A DNA stretch of 64,000 nucleotides from Gaiellaceae bacterium. Lineage in GTDB: Bacteria; Actinomycetota; Thermoleophilia; Gaiellales; Gaiellaceae. The stretch lies in NCBI GenBank assembly GCA_035764165.1, contig DASTZS010000028.1, forward strand, positions 20,522 through 84,521, written 5' to 3'. The position numbers and the translations under genes are program-made. The notes beneath the pieces are model-generated. The model was not told the origin of the DNA. It did no database searches and was given only the letters and a program-made list of their open reading frames with translations. Within the stretch, counting starts at the first letter, position 1, and each line of letters opens with the position of its first letter. Of this stretch, positions 47,162-56,222 are shown in pieces.

Positions 47162-47575
47162 GTGGCGCTGAGCGAGGACGTCGGCCGGATCGCGGAGGCT
47201 GCAGCTCGGTTCGCGGCGCCGTCAGAGGCGGTCGTCGCGGTAATCGCCGTCGAGCCCGGGTCCGGCGAGAGGGTGTACCTCTGCGCGTTCGGAGGAGCCG
47301 AGGACACGCACGGCTGGCTCGCGCTCGACGACGAGGGGACACCTCTGACGAACCGCGCGCGCATACGCGAAGCCGCCTCGATCGCCGCGCTCGTCGAGGT
47401 GGCAGAAGAGAGCGCCGCCGCCCCGGTCTCAGACGGGCCGCGGCTGGCGTCGCCCGCCTACCTCGATTCGCTCGGTGCAGGAGGTGACGTCGCCGGTGCA
47501 CTGCGGCGCGCGTTGCCGGCGATCGACGAGCTGACGCGGGACGTCGAGCTGAACTACAAGCTCGACCTCGGTTGA
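47162..47575 (+). CDS. Hypothetical protein
   Basis: 137 aa from GTG 47162 (VALSEDVGRIAEAAARF...). Composition is coding-like. It is divergent from the methyltransferase with a 23-bp gap. Confidence 0.55.
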   Translation: MALSEDVGRIAEAAARFAAPSEAVVAVIAVEPGSGERVYLCAFGGAEDTHGWLALDDEGTPLTNRARIREAASIAALVEVAEESAAAPVSDGPRLASPAYLDSLGAGGDVAGALRRALPAIDELTRDVELNYKLDLG

Positions 47576-48354
47576 TGCTTCCGGAAGGTTGCCTCGCGGG
47601 CCGTGTCGCGCTCGTGACCGGGGGCGGCAGCGGACTCGGCCGCGCGATGGCGCTCGAGCTCGGCCGGCTCGGCGCGAACGTGGCCGTGCTCGGTCGCCGG
47701 CGCGAGCCGCTCGACGAGACCGTCGGGCTGCTACCTGGGCCGGGTTTCGCCGTCCAGGCCGACGTGCGGGAACCCGAGGCGATCGCCACGGCGTTCGACG
47801 CCGCCGAAGAGGCGCTTGGTCCGCTGACGACGCTCGTGAACAACGCCGCCGGGAATTTCCTCGTGCGGGCCGAGGATCTCTCGCCGAACGGGTGGCGCGC
47901 GGTCGTCGGCATCGTCCTCGACGGCACCTTCTTCTGCTCGCGTGAGCTGGGCCGTCGGGTCGCCGCTCGAGGCGGCGACAACGCCCAGATCGTCAACCTC
48001 GTCGCGACGTACGCCTGGACCGGCGGTCCCGGAACGGTGCACTCCGCGGCGGCCAAGGCGGGCGTCGTGAATCTGACTCGGACGCTCGCCGTCGAATGGG
48101 CGCAGCACGGCATCCGCGTCAATGCGATCGCGCCGGGTCCGATCGACACGGACGAGACGCGGACGCGGCTCTGGCCGACCCAAGAGATGCGCGACTACGT
48201 GTTGCGCAGAGTTCCGCTGAGGCGTTTCGGCGGCGAGGAAGAGGTCTCCAACGCCTGCGCGTACCTCGTCTCCGACTTCGCGGGCTACGTCACCGGCGAC
48301 GTGCTCACGATCGACGGCGGCGCCTGGCTCGAGCAGGGGATGTTCAGGGAATGA
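47575..48354 (+). CDS. SDR-family oxidoreductase
   Basis: It has VALVTGGGSGLGRAMA and an SDR core. The ATG overlaps the upstream TGA (TGATG). An alternative TTG lies at 47572. Confidence 0.85.
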   Translation: MLPEGCLAGRVALVTGGGSGLGRAMALELGRLGANVAVLGRRREPLDETVGLLPGPGFAVQADVREPEAIATAFDAAEEALGPLTTLVNNAAGNFLVRAEDLSPNGWRAVVGIVLDGTFFCSRELGRRVAARGGDNAQIVNLVATYAWTGGPGTVHSAAAKAGVVNLTRTLAVEWAQHGIRVNAIAPGPIDTDETRTRLWPTQEMRDYVLRRVPLRRFGGEEEVSNACAYLVSDFAGYVTGDVLTIDGGAWLEQGMFRE

Positions 48355-49261
48355 GCGCCACTCCGGGCGGGGGACGCCGTACGAACCGCTGTCCCCATGC
48401 CGCCCCGAATCGCTGCTGCAGCATCCCGGTGACGAAGATGCTGAGCGCGACGGCGAGCAGCGCCAGCCCAAACGTCCACCGGTTTTCGTTCAGACCCTGC
48501 TGCAGGAAGTGGACGATCGGGGCGTAGTAGCCGAGCACGCCGTACACGGCCCACGTCGCGCGCCGGATCGGGGCGGAGACGAGCACGAGCACGGTGCCGA
48601 GGATCAGCATCGGTATCCAGCCGCGGTTCGGGTCGCCGCTCGGCTCGAGGGTGAAGAAGACAAGCCCCGCGCCTGCGCTGAACCAACCGAGGGCGTGGAA
48701 CCAGAATGCGTCGCGGCGGCGGCCGAACGCGTCGAGGAAGATGCCGACGACGACGAGTAGCCCGCCGCAGGCAAGGGCGGCCGTCGCACGCTCGTCGCCG
48801 CTCGCACCGTGTCCCGCCACGGCGACGAGCTGCGAAGTCGCGATCAACGACCCGGCCACGGTCGCGAGGAGGAACGAGAAGCGCGTGAGCGCGAAGGCAA
48901 CAAGTCCGGCGAGTGCAGTCAACACGGCGGCTGCCACCGCCCAGCCGTTGAACGTCGTGAGCGGGAAGGCGTTATCCCAGACGCCGACCAGCCGGAAGAG
49001 GCCGACCGCGACCGCGGGAACCATGGCTACCGCCAATGCGGCGGCGAGGCCGCCTGGGATCCACCATCCCTCCCGGAGGAGGAACCACGACGCGGCGCCG
49101 TACGCGACCAGGAAGACGAGGGCCGCCACGAAGACCCAGAGGCTGTCGTGCGTGTCGGGAAGCGTCGACAGCAAGCCGTACGACGCGAGTGCGAGTGCGT
49201 AGGTCCCGGCGAACAGGAGGACGTTCGGCGGGTCCATCCGTGGCAGCTCCCGCACCTCCAC
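48344..49261 (-). CDS. Polytopic membrane protein, unknown function
   Basis: 305 aa with about 9 hydrophobic helices. I recognise no family. Confidence 0.6.
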   Translation of the reverse strand: MEVRELPRMDPPNVLLFAGTYALALASYGLLSTLPDTHDSLWVFVAALVFLVAYGAASWFLLREGWWIPGGLAAALAVAMVPAVAVGLFRLVGVWDNAFPLTTFNGWAVAAAVLTALAGLVAFALTRFSFLLATVAGSLIATSQLVAVAGHGASGDERATAALACGGLLVVVGIFLDAFGRRRDAFWFHALGWFSAGAGLVFFTLEPSGDPNRGWIPMLILGTVLVLVSAPIRRATWAVYGVLGYYAPIVHFLQQGLNENRWTFGLALLAVALSIFVTGMLQQRFGAAWGQRFVRRPPPGVALIP

Positions 49262-49291
49262 GGCCGCGACCTTAACCGGTGGCCGTTCCCT

Positions 49292-49597
49292 ATGCTGTCC
49301 GGCATGGAAGGTGGCTTCGGCTTCCCACTCGGAGGCGACCCGGAGGATCTGCTGCGCGGGCTGCGCGAGTTTGCGGAGCAGCAGGCGGAATCGGTGCAGG
49401 AGGCGCAGCGCGAGCAGTTCGCGACCCTCACGCTCAACACCGCCGTCGAGCTGACCGCGGCCGCCCTCTCCCAGCTGCAGCCGTCCGGGACCGCGGACGA
49501 GCAGGCGATCGCGCTCCGCGATGCCATGCGCGTCCTGTTCCCGGAAGCCGTCGCGCTCGTCTCTGCGGCGCGGCAGGGCTTCATGCGCGAGCGGTAG
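49292..49597 (+). CDS. Hypothetical small protein
   Basis: 101 aa (MLSGMEGGFGFPLGGDPEDLLRGLREFAEQQ...). Third positions are G/C-rich. It is part of a longer track ORF (48809..49597). Confidence 0.5.
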   Translation: MLSGMEGGFGFPLGGDPEDLLRGLREFAEQQAESVQEAQREQFATLTLNTAVELTAAALSQLQPSGTADEQAIALRDAMRVLFPEAVALVSAARQGFMRER

Positions 49598-49608
49598 TTA
49601 GGCCCGCC

Positions 49609-50535
49609 TTGGCGCTCCTCGACCGCGCGATCGTCCGCCTGCTTCCCGCTGTCCCGCGCCCGCTCGTGCAGAAGTTCTCCGAGCGCTACATCGCCGGGCC
49701 CGAGCTGAAAGACGCGCGCGAGACCGTTCGCCGGCTGAACGCCGAGGGGAAACGGGCGACGATCGACGTCCTCGGCGAGGAGATCACGAACGAGGAAGAG
49801 GCGGCCGCGATCGTGCGCGCGTACCAGGATGTGTTCGCGGACATCGAGCGCTGCAGTCTCCACTCCGGCGTCAGCGTGAAGCTGACGGCGCTCGGGCTGA
49901 AGCTCGACTACGAGCTGTGCCGGGAGAATCTCCGCGCCGTCGTGGAAGACGCCGCAGCACGAAGAAACTTCGTCCGCCTCGACATGGAGGACTCGTCGAC
50001 GACTGACGACACACTTCGTCTCTATCGCGAGCTGCGCGAGGGAGGCCACGACAACGTTGGAATCGTGCTGCAGGCGATGCTGCGACGAACGCGCGACGAC
50101 ATCGAGGCGCTTCGCGACCTGCAGCCGAGCGTGCGGCTCTGCAAGGGGATCTACCTCGAGCCGGCCGAGATCGCTTACCAGGAGTTCGAGGAGGTCCGCA
50201 GCGCGTTCGTGGACGCGCTCGAGGCCTTGCTCGATGCGGGTGGCCACGTGGGCATTGCGACGCACGACGAGTGGCTCCTGGACGAGGGGCGCCGCCTCGT
50301 TGCCGAGCGCGGGCTGGCGAGGGACGACTACGAGTTCCAGATGCTGCTCGGCGTACGGCCCGACCTCGGCGACGTGCTCGTGCGTGAAGGTCACCGGCTG
50401 CGCATCTACGTCCCGTTCGGGCGGCACTGGTACGAGTACTCCCTGCGCAGGCTGCAGGAGAACCCGAAGGTCGCCGGCTACATCGCGGCGGACACCGTGG
50501 GACGGCTGCTCGGCCGGAACGGCGCCACCGGTTAG
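49609..50535 (+). CDS. Proline dehydrogenase (monofunctional PutA-like)
   Basis: I prefer TTG 49609 (MALLDRAIVRLLP...). Motifs are TIDVLGEE, VSVKLTALG, VRLDMEDS, VRLCKGIY and YVPFG...YSLRRLQENP. Confidence 0.8.
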   Translation: MALLDRAIVRLLPAVPRPLVQKFSERYIAGPELKDARETVRRLNAEGKRATIDVLGEEITNEEEAAAIVRAYQDVFADIERCSLHSGVSVKLTALGLKLDYELCRENLRAVVEDAAARRNFVRLDMEDSSTTDDTLRLYRELREGGHDNVGIVLQAMLRRTRDDIEALRDLQPSVRLCKGIYLEPAEIAYQEFEEVRSAFVDALEALLDAGGHVGIATHDEWLLDEGRRLVAERGLARDDYEFQMLLGVRPDLGDVLVREGHRLRIYVPFGRHWYEYSLRRLQENPKVAGYIAADTVGRLLGRNGATG

Positions 50536-51546
50536 GTGGTCTGGGCGAAGGCGGAAGGGTGCTGCGTCTGGGACGCGGACGGGCGCGAGTACATCGACCT
50601 GACCGGCGGCTTCGGGGTCGCCGTGCTCGGCCACGGCAACCCCAGGATCAGGCAGGCGATCGGGTCCGCTCCCGTCGTCCACGCACTCGGCGACCTTGCC
50701 GAAGCAGAGGTCACGGAGCGCTTGCGCGACGCGCTCCCGTGGCCGGCGAAGCTCGGCGTGACCGGAGAGGACGCGGTCGAGATCGCGCTGCGCACTGCGC
50801 TGCTCACCACCGGCAAACCGGGAATCGTCGCCTTCGACGACGCGTATCACGGCACCGGCTTGCTCGCGCTCGCGGCGACCGGGCTCGAGCGCTTTCGCGA
50901 GCCGTTCGCGCCCTGGCTGCCAGGGCCTGTTCATCGCCGGCCGTACGGCGAGGACCCAGGCCCGTTGCCGGACGACGCCGGGGTCGTGATCGTCGAGCCG
51001 GTGCAGGGGCGGGCGGGCTCGCGCGTTCCTTCCGACGACTTCCTCCCCCGGTTGCGAGAGCGTTGCGACGAGGCCGGCGCACTCCTCGTCGTGGATGCGA
51101 TCTTCACCGGGCTCGGGCGCATCGGCGAGCTGTGGCCAGGTGCCGACGTGGCGGACGTGATCTGCGTCGGCAAAGCGCTCGGCGGCGGTCTGCCGATCTC
51201 CGCGGCGCTCTTTGTGCGCGGCGGACTCGAGCATGCCTGGGACTTCGGTCCGGAGGACGTCTACACGCACACGCACAGTGGCAGTCCGCTCGCGTGCGCG
51301 GCGGCGCTCGTGGTGCTTGCGGAGGTGCCGAAGCTCTTGCCGCGCGTCGCGGAGCTCTCGGAGCGCTTCGAGAGGGCGGGGTGGCACGGCAAGGGGCTGC
51401 TCCGCGCCGTGGAGGGAGATGCAGACAGGGCGCTCGAGGCGGGCGTCCTCGTGATTCCGATCCCGGACACGCTGGTGCAAGCTGCGCCTCCGTTCACGCT
51501 GACGGACGCCGAGCTCGACGGCGCCTTGGCGCGGCTCGCCGGTTAG
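50536..51546 (+). CDS. Class III (acetylornithine/ornithine type) aminotransferase, short form
   Basis: 336 aa with DADGREYIDLTGGFGVAVLGHGNP, DDAYHGTG, VVDAIFTGLGRIG and the PLP-lysine context VGKALGGG. Confidence 0.75.
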   Translation: MVWAKAEGCCVWDADGREYIDLTGGFGVAVLGHGNPRIRQAIGSAPVVHALGDLAEAEVTERLRDALPWPAKLGVTGEDAVEIALRTALLTTGKPGIVAFDDAYHGTGLLALAATGLERFREPFAPWLPGPVHRRPYGEDPGPLPDDAGVVIVEPVQGRAGSRVPSDDFLPRLRERCDEAGALLVVDAIFTGLGRIGELWPGADVADVICVGKALGGGLPISAALFVRGGLEHAWDFGPEDVYTHTHSGSPLACAAALVVLAEVPKLLPRVAELSERFERAGWHGKGLLRAVEGDADRALEAGVLVIPIPDTLVQAAPPFTLTDAELDGALARLAG

Positions 51547-51854
51547 GGCGGCGGCCCGGGTGGCGGACCGGGCGGCGGTGCTTCGTCCTCCTCGACGACC
51601 GTTCGTCGTCTCGGCGGGTAGGGACCGTCACCGGGCGGCGGCGCGGCCGCGTAAGGCCCGCGATGCCAGCCCCAGTAGCCAGGCCCCCAGCGCTCCCAGA
51701 GGAGCAGGGAGATCAGGAGGCCGACGATGCCGACGAGCATGAGGATCCAGCCGACGACGTCGACGTCGACGGGCGGATTCGGATCCGTCTGGTTGACGGC
51801 GAACGCGAGAATCGCACCGACCGCGATCAGGATGATGCTGACGGGGAGAGCCAT
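51543..51854 (-). CDS. Small membrane protein (DUF6458-like) with Pro-rich tail
   Basis: 103 aa with two TM helices (SIILIAVGAILAFAV and VGWILMLVGIVGLLISLLLW), then PPPGPPPGPPP. The family name is from memory. Confidence 0.6.
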   Translation of the reverse strand: MALPVSIILIAVGAILAFAVNQTDPNPPVDVDVVGWILMLVGIVGLLISLLLWERWGPGYWGWHRGPYAAAPPPGDGPYPPRRRTVVEEDEAPPPGPPPGPPP

Positions 51855-51892
51855 GGGTCAGCCGTCCCCGCACACAGGGTTTGCCAAACGAC

Positions 51893-52531
51893 TCAGGCTT
51901 TGCGGGCGTAGAGAAGGAACGTGCCGGGAATCCGCGGATCGTGGCGGCGAAAGCCGTCGCTGCGCGCCGGGTACTCCTCCAAGGCCTGTAGCTGAAGCCC
52001 GGCGCGTGTCGCGGCGTTGACGATCTGTCCGAGGCGCCGCGATCCCTCCGCGAAGTAGCTCTCGCGCCAGTGCATGAGCCCGTCGACGCAGAGCGCGACC
52101 GGGTGCTCCTCGAAGAGCAGTAGCTCCCCCTCCGAACGCAGAGCGGCTGCGATCTCGCGCATCCACGCCTCGAGGTCCGAGATCTGCAGGATCGATCCGA
52201 GCCCTGCATAGACGAGGTCGAAGCGTCCGCGCCGCAGCTCTGCCGGCAACGTCTGAGGGTCTGCCTGGACCCACAGGATCGAAGGCCACCGCTCGCGGGC
52301 CGCCTCGAGCGCCTGGCCGGAGGAGTCGACACCGGTCACGATCGCGCCGAGCTCGGCGAGCTGCGCCGTCGACTCGCCGGTCCCGCATTGGAGGTCGAGC
52401 ACGCGCTTCTTCCCCAGATCCGCGAGCGCGTGACGCACCTGCGGCGGCAGGCCGCGTTCCCCGGCAAGCGCTTCCGCGCGCCGCCGGTGGATCTCGTCCC
52501 AGGCGCGGCGGTTGTGCTCTGTCGGCTCCAT
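51893..52531 (-). CDS. Class I SAM-dependent methyltransferase
   Basis: The ATG overlaps the fabL-like stop (TGATG). It reads MEPTEHNRRAWDEIHRRR...VLDLQCGTGESTAQLAELG. Confidence 0.75.
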   Translation of the reverse strand: MEPTEHNRRAWDEIHRRRAEALAGERGLPPQVRHALADLGKKRVLDLQCGTGESTAQLAELGAIVTGVDSSGQALEAARERWPSILWVQADPQTLPAELRRGRFDLVYAGLGSILQISDLEAWMREIAAALRSEGELLLFEEHPVALCVDGLMHWRESYFAEGSRRLGQIVNAATRAGLQLQALEEYPARSDGFRRHDPRIPGTFLLYARKA

Positions 52532-53268
52532 CAGGCGAGCAGCGAGTAGCCGCCGTCGATGATCAGCGTGTGCCCGCGGACCATCTCCGCGTCGGGGGAG
52601 CAGAGGTAGGCGACTGCGCCGGCAACGTCGTCGGGCTCCACGAGACGTCCCGCGGGCGTGCGGGACCTGCCGGCGCGAAGCATCTCCTCGCGGTTCGGGA
52701 AATGGTCGAGCGCCTCCGTCTCGACGACGCCGGCCGAGACCGCGTTGACCCGGATGCCACGCGGCGCGAGCTCGACGGCGAGGTAGCGCACGACCGACTC
52801 CAGTGCAGCCTTCGACGTGCCGACGAGCACGTAGTTCTCCAGCACGCGCTGCGACCCGAGCGAGGAAACGGCGACAATCGAGGAGCCGGGCTCCATGTCG
52901 GGCGCGCACGCGCGGGTGAGCGAGAGCAGTGCGCGAGCGTTCGCGCCGAGCGTCCAGTCCCAGTGCTTGTCCTCCGTTTCGAGCGCGGGCTTGATCACGC
53001 CCGTCGCGGCGTTGTGGACGACGACTGCATACGGGCCGTGGGCTGCGAACTCGGCCACGACCTTCTCCGAGGCGACGTTGCCGCGCACGAGCACGGGCTC
53101 CGCGCCGGCCGCACGCAGCTCTTCTGCCGCCGCCTCGCCTGCCGTGTCGTTACGGAGATACCCGAGCGCCACCTTGCCGGCACCCTCGGCTGCGAGTCGC
53201 AGCGCGATCGCTTTGCCGATTCCCCGTGTCCCGCCCGTCACGAGGACGGAGCGGCCCTCGAGCTTCAT
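52531..53268 (-). CDS. fabL: SDR, enoyl-ACP reductase FabL-like
   Basis: 245 aa. From memory it is collinear with Bacillus FabL: VLVTGGTRGIGKA, HWDWT, SSLGS..LENY..VGTSKAALE, and HFPNREEMLRAGRSRTPAGR. Confidence 0.6.
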   Translation of the reverse strand: MKLEGRSVLVTGGTRGIGKAIALRLAAEGAGKVALGYLRNDTAGEAAAEELRAAGAEPVLVRGNVASEKVVAEFAAHGPYAVVVHNAATGVIKPALETEDKHWDWTLGANARALLSLTRACAPDMEPGSSIVAVSSLGSQRVLENYVLVGTSKAALESVVRYLAVELAPRGIRVNAVSAGVVETEALDHFPNREEMLRAGRSRTPAGRLVEPDDVAGAVAYLCSPDAEMVRGHTLIIDGGYSLLA

Positions 53269-53543
53269 CTCCGTCCGGGGAGCGGCTCGTCCGCGGGCGC
53301 GGCACTCGGGATCTCGGCCCAGCCCGGTCTCGACCTCGGCTCGCGCGGACCTTCCTCGGCCTTCGAGGACGCAAAGGCGAGTCGTTCCAGCAGCTCGATC
53401 TTTTGCTTCGCGTACTGCTTCACCGGATGCGAGTCCGGCAGCGAGGAGACGAGCTCCTCGACGCGGGCGCGGATCTGAGGGGCGAAATGCGGCGTCGCCG
53501 GACCGACGAGCGCGTCGATGTCTTCTCTCGTCGGCTCCCGCAT
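53265..53543 (-). CDS. Hypothetical small protein
   Basis: 92 aa (MREPTREDIDALVGPATPHFAPQIRARVEEL...). It forms the 3' end of an otherwise spurious 861-aa track ORF. There is an ATGA overlap with the fabL-like gene. Confidence 0.5.
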   Translation of the reverse strand: MREPTREDIDALVGPATPHFAPQIRARVEELVSSLPDSHPVKQYAKQKIELLERLAFASSKAEEGPREPRSRPGWAEIPSAAPADEPLPGRR

Positions 53544-53557
53544 CGGCGGAAGCCTAA

Positions 53558-55246
53558 CTACCCCTCGGGCGGCGCTGCGATGTAGACGCGAACCTCGAGC
53601 GGCGCAAAGGAGTCTCTGAACGACCCTCCGGCTGCGGTCACCGTGTGCAAACCGTCCAGGCTGTGCAGGGCCCGGTCGCCGAGCGCCGGCACGTTGATGG
53701 AGGCGGTGGCGGCGGCGCGGCTCGCATTCACGGCGATGACGTAGACCGCTCCGTTGTGCTGACGGGCGCCGGCCTTGACCGGGCTGCCGAGGTCGACGCT
53801 CGCGGCGAGCGGCGGCTCGACGAGAGCGGGTGCGAGGGTCTGGATCTCGTGATTCGTGCGGGCGATCTCCTCGCCGACGGGGAAGCTCCAGTTGTTGGGG
53901 AAGTAGCCGATGGCATGCGCGCCCCCGGCGATCGAGAGCCATGCCTCGGCTCGGACCGTCTCCGGCGTCGGGTCGAGCTCGGCGCCCATGCAGTCCATGC
54001 GTCGTGCCTCGATCCACTGGAAGGTCGGCCTTCCCCGGCCGAGCGCGACGAGGTCGAGCTGCGAGTCGAACACGTCGCCGAAGCTGTCGAAGCGGCACCA
54101 GTTCTGCAGCGGGTAGAGGTCGAAGCCGAGGACGTCGGCGCTCGCAGCCAGCGCGGGGTACATCGCCTTTCCCTGCGGTAGCGCACTCGCGCGGCTGTAG
54201 AAGTGATTCGTCAGGGTGAGAAAACGGGGTCCCGAGCCCGCGATCGGCGGGATGACCCGGAATGCGTCGGCGGTGGAGAAATCGGCGGGAAGATGCGTGT
54301 CCCACTCGTCCGGCAGGTGGGTGCCGACCGTTCCGGCGCGGGCTGCCGCAGACCCGCGCGCGTCTGCGAGCACGAACGCCCTGCCTTCGACCCAGGTTGC
54401 GAGCTCGGCGCCCGTGCCGCAGCCGTTGCCCATGAAGAGGTCGATGCCGACGCCCAGGTTGCCCGCGACGGCGTCGGGACACTGGGCCCAGACGAGCTTC
54501 GGGAAGAACGGCTGGCCGTTGAGGAGGACGGCGCCGTCGGACGTCGTCATGTGCACCGGGCCTGACAGCGCCGGCGTGGTGAGGACGAACTGCGCCACGC
54601 TCGCCTGGGAGCCGCCGTTCACGGCGGTGACCGCGAGCTGGTACGAACTCGAGAAGGTCAGACCCGTGAGCGTGGCCTGGTGCTGCGTCGTGCCGGCGCT
54701 CGGGCCGGTCCAGAGGACCGGTGCATCGAGCCCGTAAGCGATGCGTGACGTGGCAGGAACATCGGTCCGCCACGCGATCGTGGCCGAGAACGGCGTCAGC
54801 GAGATCGTGTGGACGTCCGTGATCTGCGGCGGCGGACCGACGGGAGCGGCGGGCGTCGTCGTTGTCTCGGTCTGGGTCGTGCTCGCCGGCGGCGGGTCGG
54901 TGACCCCGGGCAGGGCCAGGAACCGCAGCTCGGCGGAGTACTCGGAGTCGAAGGCGGCCTCCGGCGCATCCGCGGCCGGAGCCGAGCTCTCGCTCGCTGC
55001 CACCGCTCCCTCGGCCGAGGAGAGCGACCTGAGGCCCGGCATCAGCGGTCCGCCCGTGTCGAGCCCGACGGCGTGCACGGGCCGGCCGTTCGGCGGCGCG
55101 AAGCTGAAGGGGGCTGAGGCCGCTGCGGCTGCCGGCGCAGGGGCGGCGGAGGGTGCCGAATCGGACCCGGGGAGGGCGAGCTTGAAGCCGATCGTCGAGC
55201 CCGCGACGACGGCAAGCGAAAGCCAACAGACGGTGCGCAGGGGCAC
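53558..55246 (-). CDS. Secreted protein: FN3-like domain plus glycoside-hydrolase-like barrel, unknown specificity
   Basis: 562 aa. It has a signal anchor and an Ala/Pro/Thr linker. The FN3-like segment is ISLTPFSATIAWRTDVPATSRIAYG...YQLAVTAVN. A roughly 330-aa C-terminal domain follows (LLNGQPFFPKLVW..., DEWD, GFDLYP). Confidence 0.65.
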   Translation of the reverse strand: MPLRTVCWLSLAVVAGSTIGFKLALPGSDSAPSAAPAPAAAAASAPFSFAPPNGRPVHAVGLDTGGPLMPGLRSLSSAEGAVAASESSAPAADAPEAAFDSEYSAELRFLALPGVTDPPPASTTQTETTTTPAAPVGPPPQITDVHTISLTPFSATIAWRTDVPATSRIAYGLDAPVLWTGPSAGTTQHQATLTGLTFSSSYQLAVTAVNGGSQASVAQFVLTTPALSGPVHMTTSDGAVLLNGQPFFPKLVWAQCPDAVAGNLGVGIDLFMGNGCGTGAELATWVEGRAFVLADARGSAAARAGTVGTHLPDEWDTHLPADFSTADAFRVIPPIAGSGPRFLTLTNHFYSRASALPQGKAMYPALAASADVLGFDLYPLQNWCRFDSFGDVFDSQLDLVALGRGRPTFQWIEARRMDCMGAELDPTPETVRAEAWLSIAGGAHAIGYFPNNWSFPVGEEIARTNHEIQTLAPALVEPPLAASVDLGSPVKAGARQHNGAVYVIAVNASRAAATASINVPALGDRALHSLDGLHTVTAAGGSFRDSFAPLEVRVYIAAPPEG

Positions 55247-55322
55247 CTTGTAGGAGTCGGCTTTCCAGGTGCGCTCCTCTCCCTCGTTCGAGGGATCCGC
55301 CGCCCATTACTGTGCGCCTCTC

Positions 55323-56210
55323 GTGCGCCGCCCGACCGCCGATCTGATGCTGCTCGCGACGGTCAGCCTCTGGGCGCTCAACTTCACCGTCTCCAAGTAC
55401 ATCCTGGATCACGGTTTCCGTCCGCTCGCGTACTCGTCCGTCCGCTATGCGTGTGCAGGACTCATCTTCGCCGCCATCACGCTCGCCTGGGAGGGATCGC
55501 TGCGCATCGAGCGGCGCAGCCTGCCGCTCGTGGTCTTCGGAACGCTCGTGCTCTTCGCGAACCAGTTGAGCTTCGTCTACGCGCTCCGATTCACGACCGC
55601 GACCACCGTCGCGCTCCTCTTCGGGACTCTCCCGATCTTCACCGCGCTCTTCGCGCGCGGCAGCGGCGTCGAGCACCTCGCCCTGCGCTTTTGGCTTGCC
55701 GCCCTGCTCTCCTTCGCCGGCGTCGCGCTCGTGGCGGTCGGCTCGGGGGGCAGCCTGTCCGCGAACCTGAAGGGCGACGCGCTCGCCGTGTCGGGCGCCG
55801 TGACCTGGGCGGCGTACTCCGTCGCGATCGGCCCGCTGATGCGGCGGCACTCCCCGTTCAGGCTCAGCGCCGTCTTTCTCCTCGCAGTCACCCCGCTGCT
55901 CGCGCTCGCCGGCTCGCGCCAGCTCGCAGACCAGAGCTTCGACCTCTCCACGCTCGTCTGGGTCGGGTTCGCTTTCGCCGTCCTCGGTCCGCTCGTGATC
56001 ACGAATCTGCTCTGGTTCACCGCGATCGATCGCGTCGGCCCGTCACGCGCGGCCCTCTTCGTGAACCTGCAGCCGTTCCTCGCCGCCGTCGTCGCGCTCG
56101 TCGTGCTCTCCGAGCCGATCACGACCGTCCAGGTGCTCGGCGGCCTCGCAATCGCTGGCGGCATCGCCCTCTCTCCTCGACGGGTGCCCCCCGAGCTGCC
56201 GGCGGAGTAA
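55323..56210 (+). CDS. DMT-superfamily (EamA-like) transporter
   Basis: Ten-TM pattern with two EamA repeats. I prefer GTG 55323; the track frame opens at 55269. Confidence 0.75.
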   Translation: MRRPTADLMLLATVSLWALNFTVSKYILDHGFRPLAYSSVRYACAGLIFAAITLAWEGSLRIERRSLPLVVFGTLVLFANQLSFVYALRFTTATTVALLFGTLPIFTALFARGSGVEHLALRFWLAALLSFAGVALVAVGSGGSLSANLKGDALAVSGAVTWAAYSVAIGPLMRRHSPFRLSAVFLLAVTPLLALAGSRQLADQSFDLSTLVWVGFAFAVLGPLVITNLLWFTAIDRVGPSRAALFVNLQPFLAAVVALVVLSEPITTVQVLGGLAIAGGIALSPRRVPPELPAE

Positions 56211-56222
56211 TCTTCGCCCTCG

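Noticed and set aside
53265-55850. 861-aa minus-strand ORF, the largest in that region.
   Set aside because: Only its last 92 codons (53265..53543) read like a protein. The rest is Arg/Gly/Pro-rich and overlaps a 562-aa ORF in another frame (53558..55246) with a signal peptide and FN3-like sequence.
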